Part shown: in pieces, positions 1-10,122 of the stretch
Numbering within the stretch: the stretch's first letter is position 1
Layout: every line of letters starts with the position of its first letter
Assembly: GCF_006345805.1 (NCBI RefSeq)
Contig: NW_021826560.1
Location: 1 to 13,541, forward strand
From: Octopus sinensis
Lineage: Eukaryota
Direction: 5' to 3'
Length of the DNA: 13,541 nt
Program-made: the position numbers and the translations under genes
The notes under the pieces: model-generated
Told to the model about the DNA's origin: nothing
Database searches by the model: none
What the model saw: the letters and a program-made list of their open reading frames with translations, nothing else

Positions 1-204
1 TGTGTGTGTGTGGGTGTGGTGGGTGTGTGTGTTTACATATATACGTATTGTGATGTGATTGTTTTATGCTGTAGTGTTTTTGTTTTTTTAATTCTCTCTT
101 GTGATGTTGGTGCCATTGTCTTTGAGAACTCTGTGCTTTTTTTTTATAAGGTTGTCTACTACTGCTGCTCTGTAATTAGGGCTGTGTTATCTATGTTCTC
201 TTAT

Positions 205-241
<37 letters not shown>

Positions 242-283
242 GTGTGTGTATTATACATCTATATATAACTATATAATATATAT

Positions 284-331
<48 letters not shown>

Positions 332-535
332 ATGTTGTGATAATATATATTTATATCTACTTATAATATATATATACTTACACACACCATATATATCTAT
401 ATACATATATAATACATATATGTAAATATGTATATATGTATATATATATATATAACATGTATATACATTTATATATATATGTATGTTTATATATACATAT
501 ATACACGTATGTATATATATATATATATATTACAC
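1..535. repeat. (TG)n/(TA)n microsatellite and low-complexity tract
   Basis: TG repeat at 1-32, then long interrupted TA runs from about 208 to 530. Confidence 0.9.
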
Positions 536-610
536 TCATTTAGCGGCGTCTATAATTATTGTGTTGAGTGAATACACGACAGCGTCTTTGATGATGAGAT
601 GGCTGTTATG

Positions 611-1050
611 TCTTCTCATTGTTTAGTCATTGAACTGCAGTCATACTGAGTGGTGGGCGTGGGTGGAGGGTGCGCTCTTGTAATCTTCAGTCGGACAATA
701 GACGCCATCGCCTTTTATTTTACCTTATATTTTAAATGGGGTACTTATTCTGTCGGTTAATTTTAACGAACCGCTCAGTTGCGGGGACGTAAACAAACCA
801 TCGCTTGTCGCCAAACAGTTCATGAGGGACACGGGACACAAATGCAAACGCAAAGACATACATGTTATTATATACATGTATCCATATGCGACGGGATTCC
901 ACGCAGTTTCCGTCTACCTAATTCCGTCACGAGGCATCGGTTGACCCCGGGGTCATAGTAGAAGCTGTGAACAAAATGTGGCAAGGAAGATATCTTGGTG
1001 TTCCACTGCGACCGCCTCTATGGTCTGGAAGCAAGATTCTCTCTAACTCA
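611..1050 (-). mobile_element. Old, diverged copy of tRNA-derived SINE family A
   Basis: The reverse complement aligns by eye with the young copies at 2073-2460 and 7616-8071. Matching blocks: gtacttattctgtcgg (741), gcggggacgtaaacaaacca (781), cagtttccgtctacc (904), and a degenerate tail tcttctcattgtttagtcattgaactgc (611). Boundaries are approximate. Confidence 0.75.
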
Positions 1051-1213
1051 GGGTTAAACTGCTTACTTTCTTAATGCAGGTTGCGTTGCTCTATTTGTAT
1101 CCTAAAAGCCTTATCGCTGTTGAAGCAACTTCGCACTGTTTGTCTATTAACATCATTGGTGATGATCATAATTTTTTTATACATACCGTAGGCTCTCGTA
1201 GTCCGAGAAAGAC

Positions 1214-1377
1214 GGTCCTGCAGTGGCTGTGTGGTAAGAAGCTTGCTTCCCAACCACATTGTTCCGAGTTCAATCCGACTGCGTTACACCTTCGTCAAGT
1301 GTTTTTCTACTATAGACTCAGGCCTACCAAAGTCTTGTGGGTGGATTTGGTTGTTAGAAACTGAAAGAAGCCCGTCG

Positions 1378-1423
<46 letters not shown>

Positions 1424-1655
1424 TGTATGTATATGTATGTATGTATGCTTGTATTTGTGTCTATGTTTGTCTCCCGACCATCGCTTGCCAATCGATGTTT
1501 GTGTGTTTACGTCTCCGTAACTTAGCGTTTCAGCATGACACACCGATAGAATAAGTATTAGGCTTACAAAGAATAAGTCCTGGGATCGATTTATTTCTAC
1601 TAAAGACAGTGCTCTACCATGGCCGTAGTCAAATATTTGAAACAAGAAAAAAAAA
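1214..1655 (+). mobile_element. SINE family A, intermediate-age copy with internal (TA)n(TGTA)n tract
   Basis: A-box-like TGGCTGTGTGG (1224), degenerate B-box GAGTTCAATCC. Body is collinear with the 2073 and 7616 copies and ends in gaaacaag plus an A-rich tail. Confidence 0.9.
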
Positions 1656-1870
1656 TGATTTGTTTATAATTACGAAATGTTTGTGCCATACATATCAAAT
1701 CAACGTCACCTGAACAGGTGCTCCGTGTGCCACACGCTAGGTGTTGACTACAGAGCAGTGTGAGATAAAGAGTTTTGCTCAAGAACAATACTTGCCCCAC
1801 TCGGTCCAGGTATTGAAACCGGTTCTCGCGATTCTGAGCGCAACATCGCAACCATCAGGCCATGCTCCCT
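1656..1870 (-). mobile_element. tRNA-derived SINE family C (distinct head and body), partial
   Basis: On the - strand: A-box TGGCCTGATGG (1862-1852) and B-box GGTTTCAATACC (1820-1809), followed by ttgttcttgagcaaaactcttt. That motif is typical of the post-tRNA region of V/CORE-like SINEs (family assignment from memory, unverified). Confidence 0.7.
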
Positions 1871-1898
1871 CGACACATTTCTTTATACATGCCATACA

Positions 1899-2518
1899 CA
1901 GGGTGGCCCAAAAGTAGGTTTACGTAAGTACTTTAAATTTGTTCTAAAATATTTTATTACATTTAAATTTCTATCTTACTAACTGAAAAGGGACCTTGAC
2001 AAAATTAGCTAAATTAACATAAAATAACGGCTTCATATTTCTTTTAAAGTTAAGATCCAAATTGTTAACATATGCGCATTAGTGGCTGTGTGGTAAGTAG
2101 CTTGCTTACCAACCACACGGTTCCGGGTTCAGTCCCACTGCGTGGCATCTTGGGCAAGCCTCGGGCCGACCAATGCCTTGTGAGTGGATTTGGTAGACGG
2201 AAACTGAAAGAAGCCTGTCGTATATATGTATATATATGTGTGTGTGTGTGTGTATGTGTGTGTGTTTGTCCCCCTAGCATTGCTTGACAACCGATGCTGG
2301 TGTGTTTACGTCCCCGTCACTTAGCGGTTCGGCAAAAAGAGACCGATAGAATAAGTACTGGGCTTACAAAGAATAAGTCCCGGGGTCGATTTGCTCGACT
2401 AAAGGCGGTGCTCCAGCATGGCCGCAGTCAAATGACTGAAACAAGTAAAAGAGAAAAGAGTATATGAATGCGAAAGAGATAGTTGAATAACTGTAAACCT
2501 ACTTTTGGGGCCACTCTG
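1899..2518. mobile_element. Tc1/mariner-type MITE (about 235 bp empty) interrupted by a SINE
   Basis: Left TIR cagggtggcccaaaagtaggtttac (1899-1923). Right TIR gtaaacctacttttggggccactctg (2493-2518), whose reverse complement differs by one substitution and one indel. TA follows at 2519-2520; the left flank reads CA (taca) instead of TA. Confidence 0.8.
2073..2460 (+). mobile_element. SINE family A, young near-full-length copy
   Basis: A-box TGGCTGTGTGG (2083-2093), B-box GGTTCAGTCCC (2126-2136), central (TA)(TG) tract and aaaagag tail. Nearly identical to 7616-8071 except for a 17 bp deletion (tgtcttctctgctatag) at an AG microhomology near 2158. Confidence 0.93.
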
Positions 2519-2533
2519 TAAATCCTACCTCAC

Positions 2534-2872
2534 CCAGATGAATAATATCTTTCTTCTTCTGTGAATGTTATTTGGAACGTCAGATGTAGAAATACTGAGA
2601 ATTTTTCCCTCAAATATTTCTTCGTGAATGACGTCTGTGATAATGAAATCTTTTAAATCTTTAAAAGTGTTTTCGATTGTGTTGATACTGTGTTGGGGAA
2701 CCTTTACAAATGCTTTTGTAAGTTTTGCTGTGTTGTGGCCCTTTTGAAGCACAAATACTAAGCATATCCTACACTGAGCAAACCTCAAAGACCGTATCGT
2801 CAAGAAGAAACTTACCGGATATGTTTGCCGGCTACAATCACTCCTTACTGCTGTGAAGTAACAAATGATTGC
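2534..2872 (-). other. Unassigned 113-codon open frame: candidate exon or degenerate Tc1-like transposase remnant
   Basis: Stop-free from an acceptor-like ttctctatattag (ends 2873) to a donor-like TGG|GTGAGG (2533), 339 nt. Translation: AIICYFTAVRSDCSRQTYPVSFFL...HNTAKLTKAFVKVPQHSINTIENTFKDLKDF...RRRKILFIW. No confident homology. Confidence 0.3.
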
Positions 2873-3065
2873 CTAATATAGAGAAATATAATGGCACAAT
2901 TCCTTCTCCAAGGTCATTCTTCAGTGCACATCTACAGGAGGGTGAAGTAGAGGTAGGTAAAGGAAAAAAAAAAGATTATGAAAACATCCCGAACGATACG
3001 GGTCAGCAGTGTAACTCTTCTGGGTATGATCGATGACAGAGATCAGTGGCAATTGCTGATTACCA

Positions 3066-3333
3066 CCGGTACTGGGGTCGATGTAATCGACTTAATCCGT
3101 TTGTCTGTCCCTGTTTGTTCCCTCTGTGTGTAGCCCCTTGTGGGTAGTAAAGAAATAGGTATTTTGACCGTCTCTACATTCCGAGTTCATAGTCCGCCGA
3201 GGTCGACATTGCCTTTCACTGTTTCGGGATCGACGTATTTATTAATAGAACCTGTTGCACACTGGAATCGATGTAATCGACTGAACTCTTCCTGAAGATT
3301 TCAATGCTTGTGTCTCTTGTAGAAAAAGATTAT
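3066..3333 (+). mobile_element. SINE family B, tandem arrangement: 3' part of one unit fused to a 5'-truncated second unit
   Basis: actggggtcgatgtaatcgac (3071) recurs as actggaatcgatgtaatcgac (3261). The second unit contains ccgccgaggtcgacattgcctttca. Shares blocks with 3353-3550 and 7075-7190. Confidence 0.75.
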
Positions 3334-3352
3334 GAAAAGCAAGTTCAAAGAC

Positions 3353-3550
3353 AAGGGGCTGGTCTGAAACTGTTGGTTGCCGAAGAAAATGGCGAGCGGA
3401 ATTTAACGACTTTGACGATCTGACTTCAAACTCAGGGAGGACATCTTTGTTTCTCATCTTTGGGAAATGAGGTTGATGAAATAAAGTACCAGTGGCGCAC
3501 TGGGGTGATCTTTATCGTTGACACTAACCTCTCGCCAAAGATCGAGGCCT
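3353..3550 (+). mobile_element. SINE family B, old degenerate copy
   Basis: gatgaaataaagtaccagtggcgcactggggtgatc (3476-3511) matches the family B core. A degenerate B-box-like gacttcaaactc lies at about 3422. Confidence 0.55.
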
Positions 3551-3899
3551 TTTATTTATTATTTAAAAGCGAGCACAAGATAATAGAGAAGAAATTATAA
3601 AGACAAAATGAAAAAAAAGAAACCAAAAAACAAACCGGTTCGAGAAGGGTCACTCAGTCAAACCACAATCTGATGGAATCTTAGCTTAACTCAATGTGAC
3701 CGTTCTTTACGTTAAATCGGTTTGTTTTGAGAGGTCAATTGACCATGGCTCTCACTCTATCACAATCGATTTAGATACGTTTATACATACGCACACACAC
3801 GAATGGGCATACACACACACACACACACACAGACACACAGACACAGAGAAAACATCTCCTTTACCAAACTGCTATTCTATCTCATACACACACACGCAC

Positions 3900-4125
3900 G
3901 CACACACGCGCGCGAGCGGTCATACACCGCCGCCGCCGCCTTCACGCGATCCCCGAATGCGCCCCCATCCACTCTCGCCTCTGCGCTTTGCCAGTTTAAC
4001 ATAAAACACCACTTAACATCTGAGAGAATACTGATGATGTATAACAGTTAAATCTATTGATTGGTCGTGATTGTGAGCGATTATCAATTCTTTTCATCGA
4101 CGGTAGCCGAGCCAGCTCCGTATAC
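3900..4125. promoter_or_regulatory. CpG-enriched, promoter-like or 5'UTR-like patch
   Basis: Local CpG enrichment against an AT-rich background, (CCG)n at 3927-3940, and CCAATCA on the - strand (4058-4064). No TSS evidence. Confidence 0.3.
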
Positions 4126-4127
4126 AC

Positions 4128-6525
<2,398 letters not shown>

Positions 6526-6636
6526 CCCTTGCAGTGTGTTATCTATTTACCAGTACGTTCCCTATATTTTCCTGCTCGCCTAATTTCTCTTCCTTTTCTT
6601 TCTTTCTTTTTCGTCTCCCCCCCCCTTCGCTGTCTC

Positions 6637-6670
6637 TGACTCACTTCCCAAGATGGCGGCTATGGCGGCG
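6637..6670 (+). promoter_or_regulatory. Candidate core promoter and translation start: Inr plus TISU/YY1 element
   Basis: CAAGATGGCGGC (6649-6660) matches the TISU consensus SAASATGGCGGC and the YY1 motif exactly. Inr-like TCACTTC (6641-6647), AP-1-like TGACTCA (6637-6643), an upstream pyrimidine tract, and a second ATGGCGGCG at 6662. Confidence 0.55.
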
Positions 6671-7002
6671 ACGTTACAATGTAACGCATGCCATTAATAC
6701 GAATGAAAAGAAGTGGATTTCTTTCAGCTTTACAACTCGACAGTTTAACACTATATTTAAATTGAAAAAGTGAGGAAAACAACAAGACAAGCAAGATTTC
6801 ATCATCATTATTTCTAACAGCCTACGTCACGTTATATGTAGACGAGCGCCGTGAGTGAGTTCCTATTCGGGGCGCTAGCGTTTTATCCAGATAACGCTTT
6901 GAATAACTCCTCTTTCTACCTGTTCCTTCACTTCAGAACCGAAACAGGAACTGTACATCAAACTTAGTTATCATCAGAGGCTGTTAATATTATTATTTTT
7001 CG
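6653..7002 (+). CDS. Hypothetical spliced N-terminus of an unidentified host gene (exons 6653-6680, 6821-6850, 6937-7002)
   Basis: Phase-1 donor T|GTAACG (weak), acceptor tttctaacag (6820), donor GTGAGT (6851), and strong acceptor ctcctctttctacctgttccttcacttcag (6936). The joined frame is open: MAAMAATLQSYVTLYVDERQPKQELYIKLSYHQRLLILLFF. No recognisable homology; unspliced, the ATG stops after 14 codons. Confidence 0.3.
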
Positions 7003-7074
7003 GTTAGTGTTGCTCTTGCAAATAGCTACGTTGGAGTCGATAAGGTGTTGTTTGTCGTGGCAATGGCCGTTTTA

Positions 7075-7190
7075 GAAGAATCTTTATACAGTAAAGCAAG
7101 GCCTGAAATTTTGGGGGTGTAAATCGATAACATCGACCCCAGTGTTCGACTGGTACTTATTTCATCGACCATGAAATGATAAAAGGCATA
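7075..7190 (-). mobile_element. SINE family B, 3' fragment
   Basis: The reverse complement reads ggtcgatgaaataagtaccagtcgaacactggggtcgatgttatcgatttacacccccaaaatttcaggccttg, matching the core of 3066-3550. Confidence 0.8.
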
Positions 7191-7214
7191 TATCTGCTAT
7201 ATTTGTAGGATATA

Positions 7215-7487
7215 CGTATTATAATCCATAAGTATCCAGACTGTTGCCATAGTAACGAAGTTAAAGTACGCAGAGTGAAGCCGCTTGGCAAAGATTGACC
7301 TTAAACTCTGCTGCGCATGCGCATTAAGTTTTAACGTTCTAGCTCACCTTCCTTCCAAGCACTGCTGTAAACAGCGGAAGTAAATTAGAACATGTGCATG
7401 CGCAGTAGGATTCAAGATCAATCTGTGTCAAGCGGTTCCACACTGCGTACTTTGACAGCAAACCGGATACTTATTGATGAGGCCGCG
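7215..7487. mobile_element. Mariner-derived palindromic MITE (273 bp), same family as 8128-8991
   Basis: TA at 7213-7214 and 7488-7489. Arms of about 135 bp are mutual reverse complements (ataagtatcc/ggatacttat, aaagtacgcag/ctgcgtacttt). The left arm is collinear with 8141-8260; the right arm with 8850-8990. Confidence 0.85.
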
Positions 7488-7615
7488 TATGTTTTGAACA
7501 ACTGTTAAAAGATAAAAGTTAGGGATCCAAAACTTGGATAAATAACTGCCATCATATGAATCACATACTTTCTAGCTGAACAGATAACTGTTTTTTCAGA
7601 TATAATTTGAATAAC

Positions 7616-7768
7616 GGTGGCTGTGTGGTAAGTAGCTTGCTAACCAGCCACATGGTTCCGGGTTCAGTCCCACTGCGTGGCATCTTGGGCAAGTGTCTTC
7701 TCTGCTATAGCCTCGGGCCGACCAAAGCCTAGAGTGGATTTGGTAGACGGAAACTGAAAGAAGCCTGT

Positions 7769-7825
<57 letters not shown>

Positions 7826-7829
7826 TATA

Positions 7830-7865
<36 letters not shown>

Positions 7866-8071
7866 TATATTTTGTCTGTGTCCCTCTAGCATTGCTTGAC
7901 AACCGATGCTGGCGTGTTTGCGTTCCCGTCACTTAGCGTTCGGCAAAAGAGACCGATAGAATAAGTACTGGGCTTACAAAGAATAGGTCCCGGGGCCGAT
8001 TTGCTCGACTAAAGGCGGTGCTCCAGCATGGCCGCAGTCAAAATTACTGAAACAAGTAAAAGAGTAAAGAG
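7616..8071 (+). mobile_element. SINE family A, young copy with expanded internal (TA)n(TG)n
   Basis: A-box at 7618-7628, B-box GGTTCAGTCCC at 7661-7671, near-identical to 2073-2460, tail aaaagagtaaagag. Confidence 0.93.
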
Positions 8072-8321
8072 ATAAGATGTATGCGAGATAATAAAATATC
8101 GGATAAGTTATATTTAATTTATATATACTTGGTCCGATCAATAAGTAACCAGACTGTTGCCATAGTAACGAAGCTAAAGCATGTAGAGTGAAGCTGCTTG
8201 ACAAAGATTGACTGTGAACTTTGCTGTGCATGCGCACTAAGTTTTAAGATTCTAGCTCTCTCCCGCTGTTTACAGCAGTGCTTGGAAGGGAAGTGTGTAG
8301 CGTGCGATCATCGCATTGACC

Positions 8322-8738
8322 ATGACAGAGAAAATTGTCATGGCGATACCTGCTCAGAGGCCTACATAAAGTTGAAGAAAGTGTGTTGTTGAGCCGCATG
8401 TGCCGCAAAGAAGTGTACGAGTGGTTCAGACGTTTCCAAGATGGCCGAAAAATGTCGATAGTGACGAATGTCCTGGAAGACCTGCAACCAGCAGAAGTGA
8501 GAAAAACGTCGTAGATGTGCGTGCAGCTGTGAGGGGAAATCGTCGAATCACCATCCGCCATTTATCAGAGGATGCGCAGATTAGTTACGATTCAGTTCGG
8601 TCCCTTATCAGTGAAGAACTGGATATGGGACGCGTGTCTGCCATGTTTGTGCCAAAACGTCTTCCAGAAGACACTCGGGTTTCAGTTGCACAAAATCTCC
8701 TTGATTGTGTCGAGAACGATAAAAGCTTTTTGAAAACT
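8322..8738 (+). pseudogene. Mariner transposase N-terminal DNA-binding region, frameshifted and truncated before the catalytic domain
   Basis: Fragments MTEKI, GDTCSEAYIKLKKV, MCRKEVYEWFRRFQDGR and NVDSDECPGRPATS...NRRITIRHLSED..IS..SVRSLISEELDMGRVSAMFVPKRL..NDKSFLKT. These match mariner motifs (W.kRFk.Gr, D..RsGRP, drRiT.r.la, and the WVP..L linker, here FVPKRL). The sequence stops just before the TGDE motif. Confidence 0.9.
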
Positions 8739-8817
8739 TGGCGTATGCGTCTGAGCAGGTATCGCCAAGCTTTTGACAAAATTTGATGCACATTCTCTGC
8801 TCAACTTCCTCTGTTTT
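8726..8817 (-). pseudogene. Second, inverted copy of the transposase first helix (start codon lost)
   Basis: The - strand reads KTEEVEQRMCIKFCQKLGDTCSDAYAKFSK, which is the mariner EQR.CIKFC.KLG motif. The ATG position reads AAA. Confidence 0.85.
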
Positions 8818-9134
8818 GGTCAATGCGACAAATACACGCTACACTCCTTCCTTCCAAGCACTGCTATAAACAGTGGAAGTAAGATAGAACATTAAAAATT
8901 AGTGTGCTTGCACAGCATAGTTCAAAGTCAATCTGTGCCTAGTGCCTTCACTCTGTGTGCTTTAGCATCGTTACTCATTGATCAGGCCCCGTATATAACA
9001 TTTGTATAAATATGTTATGAAATATAAATTGGATACATATATGTTATATGTTATATGTTATATTTATGAGCCGAATGACTGTTGTAGGATTTACATAAGT
9101 AGATGAGTAGGATAATTAACAGTAAACGGATTTA

Positions 9135-9551
9135 CCGTATATGCTGATGTATAAACCGACTGGGTGTATAAGACGACCCTGAATTTCATTTTTAAAATGT
9201 ATGATTTGAATTATACTCGCTGCATAGGAACTATACTGGCTGTATCGCCGTTGATGCAGCGTCTGAGAGGTGCTTAAGGCAGGGTCCAAGTTCATAATAT
9301 ATTTTGACATTAATAGGACCTAGCTATTAAATCTTCTTCCCAGACATATCTGTTTCGTTTCAGTGGAAAATATTTAGCTGTAGAACCGTAGGATCTATGC
9401 GATTGTTTTATGACGTTCTCCATGGCCATTGGTGACATTCAAAACCGAAGCGTATTATGGATCGATTAACACACTTGGTATATCAGACGACCTCTGGTTT
9501 TGGACCGAACCTTTGAGGTTGAAATTCTATCCAGTACACGGACATATACGG
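9135..9551. mobile_element. Probable Tc2/pogo-like MITE with subterminal repeats
   Basis: Left end TA-ccgtatatgctgatgta; right end tacacggacatatacgg (followed by AA instead of TA). Repeated gtataa(a/g)(c/a)cgac motifs at 9149, 9166 and about 9478. Degenerate. Confidence 0.55.
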
Positions 9552-9913
9552 AAACACATATAAATAACAGTTCAAAGATATCTGTCACCCGGCATACGTC
9601 GAATAACTGATAAAAATAACCTTGTGGTTGAATACTTGTGACTAACTGTTGTATTGGTAAAATATAACAAAATTTAACCATCTGTCGTAGGATGTTAATC
9701 TAGGCATCGAAGAGTCGTCTAAATAACTATTATAACATGTAAATCAGGTATAGCTGTTAGACAAACAACTGTTACAAGGTATAGGAACTGAGATATCGAA
9801 GATTTGAATAAATATCAATATCTTGCGTACATTTTTTTTATTATGCATAAATGAATAAATATTGATTTTTGAATAAATTCCAAACTGGTATATACTGTTC
9901 AATCATAAAGAGT

Positions 9914-10087
9914 GTATGTATGTATGTATGTATGTATGTATGTATGTATGTATGTATGTATGTATGTGTGTGTGTATGTGCGTATGTATGTTCGAATGTA
10001 TTCAGGTATGCATTTATGAATCTATGTTTGTGCGTGTGAATGTTTGTATGCATTGTGGGTAGTACATTTGAATATATATATATATAT

Positions 10088-10122
<35 letters not shown>

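Larger units (their letters stand above)
8128..8991. mobile_element. Non-autonomous mariner element with two 5' ends (about 260 bp inverted arms)
   Basis: TA at 8126-8127 and 8992-8993. TIR gatcaataagtaac is mirrored by gttactcattgatc. Hand alignment of 8173-8254 with the reverse complement of 8885-8966 gives 66/82 identity. Both arms run into the transposase start. Confidence 0.9.

Noticed and set aside
2083-2140. Possible tRNA genes at the A/B-box heads (also 1224, 1809-1862, 7618)
   Set aside because: No complete cloverleaf or acceptor stem is evident, and each continues into a shared SINE body.
1071-2287. Short ORFs such as MWLGSKLLTTQP... and MRISGCVVSS...
   Set aside because: They lie in or run into SINE copies, and similar peptides recur at each copy (also 7596-8237).
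8400-8786. 128 aa ORF as a functional transposase
   Set aside because: It starts after upstream frameshifts, lacks the first helix and the entire DD34D catalytic domain, and its C-terminus is read from the inverted arm.
9340-9770. Acceptor-like sites (tttcgtttcag, ctgtcgtag) as downstream exons of the 6653 gene
   Set aside because: The first lies inside the probable MITE and reads into a stop; the second has stops in all three frames.
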